Assembly (NCBI GenBank): GCA_964426905.1
Contig: CAYRSG010000001.1
Location: forward strand, 4,786 to 68,785
Direction: 5' to 3'
DNA: 64,000 nt
Origin: an uncultured Clostridium sp.
Lineage (GTDB): Bacteria > Bacillota > Clostridia > UBA1381
Shown: in pieces, positions 11,218-21,100 of the stretch
How the letters are laid out: every line of letters begins with the position of its first letter
Position numbering within the stretch: the stretch's first letter is position 1
Notes under the pieces: model-generated
The model's input: the letters and a program-made list of their open reading frames with translations, nothing else
Database searches by the model: none
Told to the model about the DNA's origin: nothing
Program-made: the position numbers and the translations under genes

Positions 11218-13038
11218 ATGATAAGTTCAAGAAGAATCAATCTCATTGCAATACTTTTGGTTGCATTGGTTTTAATCGGTACAGTATATGCAATGTTTTT
11301 GCCAAACGAAAGCCTTACCGGTAATATTACGGGCGTAGTCGCTTACAGTGATATTCATCGGATCGGCATAACCGACGACGATTATTATACAACTTACGCG
11401 GACGGCTCAATCGGCAAAATTTTGTTAAACGGCGAATCCGCCGAGACGAAAAGCAATAATATTGAAATTTCGGACGGCGATGTGAAAATCCTGGCGGGCG
11501 GCGTTTATATTCTGTCGGGCGAGCTGTCCGACGGAAGCGTTATTGTAGATTCCGGCGACGGAGCGGAGGTACGAATCATTTTAAACGGCGCGAATATAAC
11601 ATCCTCCGACTTTTCGGCGATTTATGTAAAGCAGGCGGAAAAAACCGTAATATCGCTCGCGCCAAACACGGAAAATATTTTAACGGACGGTTCTTCCTAC
11701 AACGAAGACAAATCAGAGGACGGGAAACCGTCGGCCTGTTTGTATTCCAAAGACGACCTTACGATAAACGGTACTGGAAAGCTTACGGTTAACGCAAACT
11801 TCAGCGACGGAATAAAAGCGAACGACGTTCTGAAAATAATCGAGGGAAACATCGAAGTAAACGCGGTCGACGAGGGAATTAACGCTAACGATTACATCGC
11901 CGCGATTGAAGCGAATGTCAATATCGCTTCAGGCGGAGACGCGGTAAGGTGCGAGCATGACGATAACGAAAAGGGATTTATCGTATGCGAAGCCGCGTCG
12001 TTTTCAATTACAAGCGAGGGCGACGGTATATACGCTTCATCTGCGTTGTATATGAACGACGTCTCCGCGCAGATAACATCGGGCGGCGGAAGTAAAAACG
12101 CTTCAAAAAGCAGAGGCGGTTTCGGCGGCGGTATGGGCGGCGGTCAGAACGAGGAAGCCGCCGATACATCGAGCGCAAAGGCGATAAAAGCCGGTACAAA
12201 TATTGTTATAAACGGCGGAGACTTCAATCTCGACAGCAGCGACGATTCCATTCATTCGGACGGCGATTTAACCGTTGAAGGCGGCGCGTTCGCAATTTCA
12301 GCCGGAGACGACGCCGTTCATGCCGAAACAAATCTTATTGTCAATCCAAAAAATATGAATATAACAAAATGCCGCGAGGGTTTAGAGGGCGCGTGTATTA
12401 CCATTAACGGCGGAGATATTGCTATTGTTTCCGATGACGACGGTATCAACGCCGTCGGCGACGGTTCAACCGGCGGTATGGGTATGATGAGAGGCGGTAC
12501 GGACGAAGAGGAAAGAACCTCCGAAGACGACTTTTGGCTAATCGTAAACGGAGGTCATATATACATTGAAACATCCGGAGACGGACTCGACTCCAACGGC
12601 TCCGCCGTTATAAACGGCGGCTATCTTGAGATATACGGTCCCGAAAATAGCGGAAACGGATCTATTGACGTCGGCGACGGCGGATACGTCCTCATTGCGA
12701 ACGGCGGCAGCCTTCTCGCCGCCGGAAGCTCCGGGATGGCGGAGTATCCCTCGGAAAATTCACCGCAGCAGTCGCTTGTATTCTCTCTAAGCGAGACATA
12801 TCAACAGGGAAGCGCGATACAGGTAACAGATTCAAACGGAAATGAAATCATATCGGGAACGTCCTCCAAGAGGTTTAATTGGGTATGCATAAATACCGAA
12901 ACGATTGCTGAAAATGAGACGTATACGCTTTTAATCGACGGTAATACCGTTTCGGAAGCGACCGCCGGCGAAAGTCTCGCCGCGGCGGGCGCCGCAGGCG
13001 GCATGGGAAATATGAACGGTATGGGAAGGAGAAAATGA
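11218..13038 (+). CDS. Membrane-anchored Cthe_2159-like (DUF4353) beta-helix carbohydrate-binding protein
   Basis: N-terminal hydrophobic anchor; GVYILSGELSDGSVIV, LYSKDDLTINGTGKL, repeated DDxIHx/DGIxA rungs, GDGLDSNG. Confidence 0.88.
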   Translation: MISSRRINLIAILLVALVLIGTVYAMFLPNESLTGNITGVVAYSDIHRIGITDDDYYTTYADGSIGKILLNGESAETKSNNIEISDGDVKILAGGVYILSGELSDGSVIVDSGDGAEVRIILNGANITSSDFSAIYVKQAEKTVISLAPNTENILTDGSSYNEDKSEDGKPSACLYSKDDLTINGTGKLTVNANFSDGIKANDVLKIIEGNIEVNAVDEGINANDYIAAIEANVNIASGGDAVRCEHDDNEKGFIVCEAASFSITSEGDGIYASSALYMNDVSAQITSGGGSKNASKSRGGFGGGMGGGQNEEAADTSSAKAIKAGTNIVINGGDFNLDSSDDSIHSDGDLTVEGGAFAISAGDDAVHAETNLIVNPKNMNITKCREGLEGACITINGGDIAIVSDDDGINAVGDGSTGGMGMMRGGTDEEERTSEDDFWLIVNGGHIYIETSGDGLDSNGSAVINGGYLEIYGPENSGNGSIDVGDGGYVLIANGGSLLAAGSSGMAEYPSENSPQQSLVFSLSETYQQGSAIQVTDSNGNEIISGTSSKRFNWVCINTETIAENETYTLLIDGNTVSEATAGESLAAAGAAGGMGNMNGMGRRK

Positions 13039-13553
13039 TAATGTTAAAAAGAATGACGGTAATATTGCTTTGTATTGTTCTCGCTTTTGGAATAAGCGCG
13101 TACGCCGCAAACACTGCCGATGAAAACGCCGCGGAACAATCGGCTGCGTCGGAAGAAGCGCCTATGCAAGGCGGCGGCAGACGAGGCGGCGGAGGCGGAG
13201 GCGACCGCGACGGCATGGAAATGCCGCCGGACGACGCAATGCGCGGCGAAACGCGCGATATGCCGGAAGGCGAAGGAGCTCCTCCCGAAAGCAATGAAAA
13301 TAACCAACACGATACGCCGGACGGCGCTCCGGAAATAGATGCAAATCATTCTCAAGGAGGCGGTATGAACGCCTCTACGGGCGATCAAGGCGGTATGAAT
13401 AACGGAGAAAGCCCTCAAAACACAGACGCCGCCGGTAAAGCCGCGGACGGTATAGTTACGTTCCTTAAAACATACTCTACTCCGATAACAGCCGTAATAC
13501 TTTTGGTATTTGCGTTTGCGTTTGTCATATTCTACAAGAGAAAGCAATATTAA
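13035..13553 (+). CDS. Secreted Gly/Met/acidic low-complexity protein with C-terminal TM anchor
   Basis: Signal peptide ending AYA; disordered body; TM segment PITAVILLVFAFAFVIFY followed by KRKQY; ATGA-coupled to the upstream gene. Confidence 0.75.
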   Translation: MIMLKRMTVILLCIVLAFGISAYAANTADENAAEQSAASEEAPMQGGGRRGGGGGGDRDGMEMPPDDAMRGETRDMPEGEGAPPESNENNQHDTPDGAPEIDANHSQGGGMNASTGDQGGMNNGESPQNTDAAGKAADGIVTFLKTYSTPITAVILLVFAFAFVIFYKRKQY

Positions 13554-13559
13554 TTTATG

Positions 13560-13585
13560 AAGAGCGGGCGCTTTGTCCGCTCTTT
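13560..13585 (+). terminator. Terminator closing the VTC operon
   Basis: AAGAGCGGGC-gcttt-GTCCGCTCTTT hairpin just after the stop codon. Confidence 0.65.
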
Positions 13586-13663
13586 AAATAAATATTTTAT
13601 TGATTTATACGAAATATATGATATAATTAACAATATAAACTTTTTGACAAACGGAGTGATACA

Positions 13664-14335
13664 ATGCGGCTGCTTATAGCGGAGGACGAAAAAAATCTCA
13701 ACAAAACAATATCGGAAAGGCTTACCCGCGGCGGCTATACCGTCGACAGCTGCTATGACGGCGAGGACGCCTTGTATTATATTGAAAACACGCAATACGA
13801 CGGAATAATTCTTGATGTAATGATGCCTAAAATTAACGGCTTCGAGGTGTTGAGAATTATCAGAGAGAAAAATGTTCTCACACCCGTTTTGATGCTTACG
13901 GCAAAGGATGCGGATGAAGATATAATAACGGGACTTGACGCCGGCGCCAACGATTATCTCACAAAACCGTTTTCCTTTGCGGTGCTGTGCGCAAGAATAA
14001 GAGCGATGCTGAGAGTGAAGGAAAACGTCGCAAGCGCGGTTTTAGAGCTTGCGGATTTAAGCGTTGACACCACAAAGAGAATTGTGAAGCGCGGAGATAC
14101 AAAAATCGAGCTGTCCTCAAAGGAATATTCTATTTTAGAATACATGATGAGAAATAAAGGTATTATCGTCTCAAAAGAAAAAATTGAGGAAAACATATGG
14201 AATTACGAATATGAAGGCACAAGCGACGTCGTTAAAGTATATATACATCATTTAAGGAAAAAGATTGACAACAACTTTGAAAAAAAATTGCTGCATACCA
14301 TTAAAAACGTCGGGTATGTAATAAAGGAAGATTGA
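13664..14335 (+). CDS. OmpR-family DNA-binding response regulator
   Basis: AEDE, ILDVMMP, LTAK and DYLTKPF receiver motifs; intact wHTH VVKVYIHHLRKK / HTIKNVGY. Upstream TTGATT-N16-TATAAT (13600-13627). Confidence 0.95.
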   Translation: MRLLIAEDEKNLNKTISERLTRGGYTVDSCYDGEDALYYIENTQYDGIILDVMMPKINGFEVLRIIREKNVLTPVLMLTAKDADEDIITGLDAGANDYLTKPFSFAVLCARIRAMLRVKENVASAVLELADLSVDTTKRIVKRGDTKIELSSKEYSILEYMMRNKGIIVSKEKIEENIWNYEYEGTSDVVKVYIHHLRKKIDNNFEKKLLHTIKNVGYVIKED

Positions 14336-14336
14336 T

Positions 14337-15695
14337 ATGAAAAAGCCAACCTCGATAAAAACGCGAATCACAATATGGTATACCGCCTTAATGTTCGTTT
14401 TAATTTTTGTCGTGCTTTGTCTTGTCGGCGCGTTATCCTACCAGCTATCTATGGATAACGTTAAAAATAATATAAAAATGCAGGTGATGCAAATTGCCGA
14501 TAAAGTCGGAGCAAGACAGTCGGAGGACATTTTTTACACCGTTGAAAGCAAAGAGGAATTTAAAAACGTTTCCGTCTATCTTGAAAACGGCGAACACGTT
14601 GTCGGTCAGTATATCTACGATTTATCAAACATAGACTTTAAGGACGGTCTTTTAAGAAAAGAAAGCGCGGACGGCGAAATATATATTGTGTATGATGTTT
14701 TTAAGCCGTCAAGACCCGGAGATATGAGAGGGTATTGGATAAGAGGCGCCGAATCGATCAGCTACACAAATATACTCAGCCGATCTGTTTTTAAGATATT
14801 ACTGTTTGTAATTCCGCTTATTATTTTATTAACCTCGCTCGGCGGATATTATATTGCCAAAAAGGCGTTTATGCCCATAAATAATATTACAAATACGGCA
14901 AACGATATATATATGTTAAACGATCTCAGCAAGAGAATTGAAATTGCCGACGGCGCGCGCGAGGACGAGCTTTACAGCCTTTCGGTCACGCTTAACAGAA
15001 TGCTTGATAAAATCGACAGCCTGATAAAGCAAGAGAAGCAGTTTACCTCCGACGCGTCGCACGAGCTCAGAACTCCCGTAAGCGTGATACTCGCGCAGGG
15101 CGAATATCTGTTGGAAATAGCGGATACCGATAAGGAAAGAGCCCTTGCGCGGACAATTGTTGATAAATCAAATCAGATATCCAAGCTTGTTTCGGAGCTT
15201 TTACTGTTGGCGAGAATTGATTCGAGCAGACAAAAAATCAAGAAAGAAAAGCTTGACCTGAGCGCGCTGATTGATATAGCGGCGGAAGAAATGAAACCTC
15301 TCGCGGACAAAAAGAACGTTTCTATTATTACAAACGCAAATGAAAATGTAATCGTAAATACTGATGAAACACTGCTTTTGAGCGTTTTTTCCAATCTTAT
15401 AAGCAACGCGGTAAAATACGGCAAAGAATCAGGGTACGTTATTGTCGAGGCGAAGAAGACCCCGGATTACACGGAAATTACCGTTAAAGACAACGGTATA
15501 GGAATCGCTGATGAAAATATAGAAAAAATTTGGGATAGATTTTATCGCGTCGACGACGTGAGAAACGACGACTACGGTTCAAGCGGACTCGGTCTTTCTA
15601 TGGTTAAAAGCATCGTAAAGCTTCTCGGAGGGGAAATATTTGTAAAAAGCAGACTTGGAGAAGGGACGGAATTCAGAATTATTTTTAAAGATTAA
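14337..15695 (+). CDS. HAMP-domain sensor histidine kinase
   Basis: Two TM helices, HAMP, H-box FTSDASHELRTP, N-box NLISNAVKY, G-boxes DNGIGI and GSSGLGLS. Confidence 0.95.
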   Translation: MKKPTSIKTRITIWYTALMFVLIFVVLCLVGALSYQLSMDNVKNNIKMQVMQIADKVGARQSEDIFYTVESKEEFKNVSVYLENGEHVVGQYIYDLSNIDFKDGLLRKESADGEIYIVYDVFKPSRPGDMRGYWIRGAESISYTNILSRSVFKILLFVIPLIILLTSLGGYYIAKKAFMPINNITNTANDIYMLNDLSKRIEIADGAREDELYSLSVTLNRMLDKIDSLIKQEKQFTSDASHELRTPVSVILAQGEYLLEIADTDKERALARTIVDKSNQISKLVSELLLLARIDSSRQKIKKEKLDLSALIDIAAEEMKPLADKKNVSIITNANENVIVNTDETLLLSVFSNLISNAVKYGKESGYVIVEAKKTPDYTEITVKDNGIGIADENIEKIWDRFYRVDDVRNDDYGSSGLGLSMVKSIVKLLGGEIFVKSRLGEGTEFRIIFKD

Positions 15696-15746
15696 ACAAA
15701 ATCCTCTAAAATAATTCAGCGGATATTTTTAGAAAAAATTTATTTT

Positions 15747-15779
15747 TTTAACGTTTGTTTAACCTTTCTCGATTATTAT
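15747..15779 (+). promoter_or_regulatory. OmpR/PhoB-type tandem direct repeat plus -10 box (SLH gene promoter)
   Basis: TTTAAC-gtttg-TTTAACCT-ttctcgat-TATTAT; spacing identical to 9061-9093. Confidence 0.65.
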
Positions 15780-15840
15780 ATAAACAGAACCGATGAATAA
15801 GGGTTTTACAATCACATATTATTTTACAAGGAGGAAAAAA

Positions 15841-17928
15841 ATGAAACGTTTAACAAAAGTAATAGCGATAACCGCCGCCGCGGCAATGATAGCGTCGTCT
15901 GCGCCGTTTGCGTTTGCCGCGGACGAGGAACCGCCTGCAATACCCGAAGGCGGTATGAACGCCATGACAAACGGAGAAGAGCCGCCCGAAAAGCCAGAAG
16001 GCGGTATGGGCGCCATGACAAACGGTGAAGAGGCGCCCGAAAAGCCCGAAGGCGGAATGGGCGCGATGATGAACGGAGAAGAACCGCCCGAAAAGCCTGA
16101 CGAGGAAACGGGCGGAAGAAATACGCTTCCGTTTACCGACGTCGGCTCGGACGACTGGTTTTATGAGTCTGTCGCTCAGTCATATATGAGAGGCTTGGTA
16201 TACGGCGTAAGCGATACGGAATTCGCGCCTCAGTCGGAACTTACCGGCGGCGCCGTGCTTACAATGCTTTACCGCGCCGACGGTAACAAGGCGTCGGAAA
16301 ATCAGACGGGCGCTTGGTATGACGAGGGCGTCGAATGGGCGAAAAACAATTCTATTATAACCGGAGAATGGAGCTTCGATCCCGAAGCGGCTGTTACGAG
16401 AGAACAGATGATGGATATTGTTTATAAATATCTTACATACAAGGGAATAGATCAATCGGAAACCGGTGATATATCCGCGTATGCCGACGCCGTTAACGTT
16501 TCCGATTACGCGATCGACGCGGTTAAATGGCTTGTCGGACAAGGCATAATCGCGGGCGACGAAACCGGTCTGCGCCCCGCGGATTCGCTTACGAGAGCGG
16601 AAATGTCCGCTATTCTTATAAGAACGCTTGATAAATACGGAGCGGGAGCCCGGGCGGGCGGTATGGATAAACCTTCCGATACGCCTAACGCAAACGGCGC
16701 GCCGGGCGGCTTCGGAGGCGGTTCGCAGACTGTGGAGCAGGGCGCGTCGGCAAATACGATTGCAGAGGACGGCGACTACAGCGGCGGAAACTATGCTTCG
16801 ACCGGAGATAACGAAAACGCTTTAAGAATTGAAGGCGCGTCGGTAACTCTCGACGGCATAACAGTCAACAAAAGCGCGGGAGCTTCTTCAAACGCCGAAA
16901 CCGGTGATTTCTACGGAATGAACGCCGCGCTTTTGGCAACAGACGGCGCAAACGTGACGATTACCAACGCAACCGTCACTTCCTCCGCGCAAAACGGAAA
17001 CGGTATCTTCAGCTACGGCAGCGGAACGGTTGTTAACGTGTCGGACTCGGTTATCACAACGACAGCCGATAATTCGGGCGGTATTCAGACGACCGGCGGC
17101 GGCACGACAAACGCGAGCAATCTGACAGTCAATACAAGCGGCAGCTCGGCGGCGGCAATTCGTTCGGACCGCGGCGGCGGCACGGTAATTGTTAACGGCG
17201 GCGAATATACCTCAAACGGTTACAATTCGCCCGCTGTATATTCAACCGCCGATATAACCGTTTCAAACGCGTCGCTTACGGCGAATAATTCCGAGGCTCT
17301 CGTTATCGAGGGTAAAAATTCAATAACGCTCAAGGACTGCGATGTTTACGGAAATATGAGCGACACAAAGGGTACAAGCTCGGACGAAAATGTGCATAAC
17401 GTAATGATTTATCAGTCGATGTCGGGCGACGCCGAGGTCGGAACGTCCTCCTTCGCGATGAGCGGCGGAACGCTTACAAGCAATAACGGCGACGTATTCT
17501 ATATAACCAATACTCACTCGTTAATCAGTCTTTCGGACGTCGCGATAGAGAATAAAGACAGCGACGGTCTTCTGATGCGTATAAGCGGCAACAGCGCGTC
17601 GCGCGGATGGGGCGGCGCAGGCAAAAACGGCGCGCAAGCGGAGGTAACGGCTGATAATCAGGAGCTTAACGGCGATATAGAGGTCGACTCTATTTCAACA
17701 CTTACGATGAGCCTCCAAAACGGTTCGGTTCTTACCGGCAAAATAAACATTGTCGAAAACGCGCAGGGCGGTACGGCGGTCGAAAATAACGCCGATATCA
17801 CGATTGACGCGGACAGCGCATGGAATTTGACCGGCGATTGCGTAATAACAAGCCTTACGAATAACGGCGCGATTAATTATAACGGCTATACAATAACTCT
17901 TGCGGACGGAACCGTGTTAAGCGAATAA
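15841..17928 (+). CDS. S-layer homology (SLH) surface protein with C-terminal right-handed beta-helix
   Basis: Start moved from 15793 to the ATG at 15841 after AAGGAGG. Signal peptide ending AFA; three SLH repeats (PFTDVGSDDWF, VTREQM, LTRAEMSAIL); G/S/T/N-rich beta-helix rungs (FYGMNAALLA, AAIRSDRGGG). Confidence 0.85.
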   Translation: MKRLTKVIAITAAAAMIASSAPFAFAADEEPPAIPEGGMNAMTNGEEPPEKPEGGMGAMTNGEEAPEKPEGGMGAMMNGEEPPEKPDEETGGRNTLPFTDVGSDDWFYESVAQSYMRGLVYGVSDTEFAPQSELTGGAVLTMLYRADGNKASENQTGAWYDEGVEWAKNNSIITGEWSFDPEAAVTREQMMDIVYKYLTYKGIDQSETGDISAYADAVNVSDYAIDAVKWLVGQGIIAGDETGLRPADSLTRAEMSAILIRTLDKYGAGARAGGMDKPSDTPNANGAPGGFGGGSQTVEQGASANTIAEDGDYSGGNYASTGDNENALRIEGASVTLDGITVNKSAGASSNAETGDFYGMNAALLATDGANVTITNATVTSSAQNGNGIFSYGSGTVVNVSDSVITTTADNSGGIQTTGGGTTNASNLTVNTSGSSAAAIRSDRGGGTVIVNGGEYTSNGYNSPAVYSTADITVSNASLTANNSEALVIEGKNSITLKDCDVYGNMSDTKGTSSDENVHNVMIYQSMSGDAEVGTSSFAMSGGTLTSNNGDVFYITNTHSLISLSDVAIENKDSDGLLMRISGNSASRGWGGAGKNGAQAEVTADNQELNGDIEVDSISTLTMSLQNGSVLTGKINIVENAQGGTAVENNADITIDADSAWNLTGDCVITSLTNNGAINYNGYTITLADGTVLSE
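15925..16100 (+). repeat. 51-bp coding tandem repeat, about 3.4 copies
   Basis: Encodes EEPPAIPEGGMNAMTNG / EEPPEKPEGGMGAMTNG / EEAPEKPEGGMGAMMNG / EEPPEKP. Confidence 0.88.
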
Positions 17929-17939
17929 CAGAAATAAGT

Positions 17940-17985
17940 AATAATTAAGGGACTGTATCAAAAATGATACAGTCCCTTAATTATT
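17940..17985. terminator. Bidirectional terminator between convergent genes
   Basis: Perfect 21-bp inverted repeat AATAATTAAGGGACTGTATCA-aaaa-TGATACAGTCCCTTAATTATT. Confidence 0.8.
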
Positions 17986-18145
17986 CTTTGAAGCCTAGGT
18001 TTTAAACTATTTCGACGCCAATACCGTCAAAAATGATTTTACCTGAAACCGGCGCCTTGTCTTATAATCAAAGCGGACAGATTAAAGACGAAAACTTTTT
18101 TATTCCGCGAGATTAAGACGCGGGGCGTCGCTCCAATATAGTAAA

Positions 18146-21100
18146 TTACATGACGCTTGCCGTCAATTTACACGAGGACGAGCCTGAGTATGAACCGCCT
18201 GTTACTATACCGTAGGAGCCTTTTCCCGTGAATGTGCCGCCCGTTACGCTTCCGCCGTAATTTAAGGTATAGGAGCCGCTTGTCATTTCAGGCGTCGATA
18301 TAAATACCCACGAGTATGATTTTGAAGGAACATAGGTTACAATTTCATTCCCGCTCGAATTTGTAAGCTTAAACGCTTTACCGGCTGACTGTGAAGATAG
18401 TCCGGAAAAACCGGACGACGTTACAACATGGTACTGCGTCGAGCTGCTCGGAGTTACAGCCATATCTGACGAACCCGCGCCGATTACCGTACCGCCTGTA
18501 ATCGTAAGCGTGTCGCCGCTGTTATCTCCGATATCAAATACGCCGTTTCCTCCGCTTGTCGGACCGTTTACAAGTACAGCGCCGCCTGAAATAAGACCGC
18601 TCCCGTTACTGTCAAAGCCGTCGCCCTCCGCCTCAATGTAGAGAAGTCCGCCCGAAACCTCGATATAGCCGTAGCTTGACGTATCCTCGCCACCCCAGTT
18701 GGGACCGGTATTTCCGCCTTGATTGCCGCCGGGAACTCCTTGATTACCGCCCGGTCCGGCAAACAATTCAACAGACATGGCGGAAACGTTATCAAGGTCA
18801 TACGCGCTGCCCGACGGCTTATCGCCCGCGGCGTTCGCGCCGTCGTCAGAAGCAACGACTCTTGTTTCGCCGCCGGATATATAAATTTCCGCGGCTTCTA
18901 TGCCTTCATAGCTCTTTGTAATGTTGATATCCGCGTTATCGCTTATATATAAATAACTGTCGGCGTGGACGCCGTCGTCGCCCGTAGCCGCCGTAATACT
19001 GCCGCCCGTCACACGTACGGTGTGGTTTGAATGAACAGCGTCGTCATATGTGTTGATATCAAATGTACCTCCGCTTATATAAACGAGATTTCCCGCCTTT
19101 ACGCCTTTACAGCTTTCAGCCGCTTCGGGATTATTTTCCGATACTGTTTGCGGCGCGCCGCCGTACGCGGTTAAATCAAAAGCGCCGCCCGAAATATTTG
19201 TTATATATTCGCCCTGTATGCAGTCCTGCTGCGAATTTACCGTTATATCGCCGCCTGTGATAACAACGTTGCCCGTTCCGCACTGTATTCCGTCCTCGGA
19301 GCAGGTTATATTAAGCGTTCCGCCTTTAATATCAATTTCGCCGTCTACCCAGTAAGCGGCGGTTGTGCCGTCGGTATCGTATATGACCTCGTTTACTTGC
19401 ATTCCTTCCAACGCCTTGGTTATTGTTATATTCGCGCTGTCGCTTATTGTAATGTTTTTTACCGCCTTTATTCCGTCCTCGCCGGCAGACGCGTTGATTG
19501 CGCCGCCGCTGATTACTATACAGCCGTCGCCTTCCGCCGGCGTTTGAGCGGCTGTTTCATCTTCCAGATATTCAACGCTTGACGCGTTAGCCTTTAACGC
19601 TTCGCCCTGCGCGTCAACGGTAATCGATCCGCCTGTAATTGTCAGAAGCGTGTCCGCCTGTATACCGTCGCCGTTTGTTACCTCGCCTGTTGTCGCGTCT
19701 GCGGTTGAGCCTGTCGTAATGTTTATCATGCCGCCGTTTATCTCGACTGTGCCGCCCGTTACATATTCGCCTGATGTTTCATCAAGGGAGGGAGCGGCGT
19801 CGGACTTAATACCGTCGCCGCCCGAAACAACCGTTACGGAGTTGTTCTTCTTTGTAATCTTGACCGACTCATCGCCCTTTATTCCGTTATTTGCGGCGTT
19901 TACGTTTAAATCGCACACGCCTATTTCAAGGTCGTTTTTACAGCGTACGCCGTTTCCGTATTCGGATACGGCATTGAGCGTTCCGTCGCCCTTTATCGTA
20001 AGGTCGTTTTTGCTGTAAATCGCCGTTGTATCCGCGCCCGACGAGGTTGATGTAAACGTGCTTCCGTTTGACGTCGGAACAAGGAAAACCTTGCCTTTTA
20101 ATCCGTCGAACGCGTTTCCTGTTGAACTCGTTACATTTACGCCGTCAAGATTAATTATGATTTCATCTGTCTTCACGGCGGAATTAACTATAATTTGTCC
20201 GTCCGCGAGCGTACCCTCGACGGTATATTCGCCCGCCGCTGTTATTGTCGCCGTCGTTCCGTCTACCGTCACATTTTCAACGCCATCGGCGTTTATGCTG
20301 TCGCCGTTAAGATGAATTATTCCGTCGCCGGGCGTCGGTGTGGCGTTCGGGTCGGTTGTAGGCGTCGGAGTCGGCTCCGCCGCTTCCTTTGTCGTAACCG
20401 TAACGGTAACGTCGCCGGTCATCTTTGTTATTCTGTAGCCGTTTTCTATTTCCGTATCGTCAGGTCCTTTTAAATTTTTATAGTTACTCGAGGGGCTTAC
20501 CTCAACAGCGTCAACCTCATATCCGTCCTCTAATATGATTTTAAAATTAACCTGTCCGTTTCCCGCGGTATCAATCGCTCCCGTAGAACTGTCTCTGGCG
20601 TACGCTTCCGTGACATTCTCGTACGCGTCAGTGAAATCCTGTGTGTCCGACGCCGTAATTGACGCGTGAGAGTCGGTTACAAAGGTTGCTTTGAAGCCGT
20701 CCGTTTCCGACGGCTGCTCCGTTGTATCCGGCTGCCGCGTCGCTTCCGGAGTGTTTTCCGGCGCAGGTTCAAAGGTCGGCTGATTTTCAGGCGTATACGC
20801 GGCGCTGAGCGGTTCAAGAGTCATTACGCCGTTCTCCGTTTTCCAGAAAAACGCCTTTAAAACATCGCCGTCTGTTTTTAATATATCGTTAAAAACAAGA
20901 GTTTTATCTCCCGTTCCGTCTGTTTCCTCCGACATTACAAGACTTTTAAGACGTCCCGAGACGTCATAGACCGCGACAATTCCTTTTCCGCTTTCGCTTG
21001 CGGATTTGTTTACAATCATCGTTACGCTTCCGTCGTTCGCAATATCCAATGAGCTTATCGCGGAAGTAAACTCTGCCGCCTGAGCGGCGGCGGAAAACAT

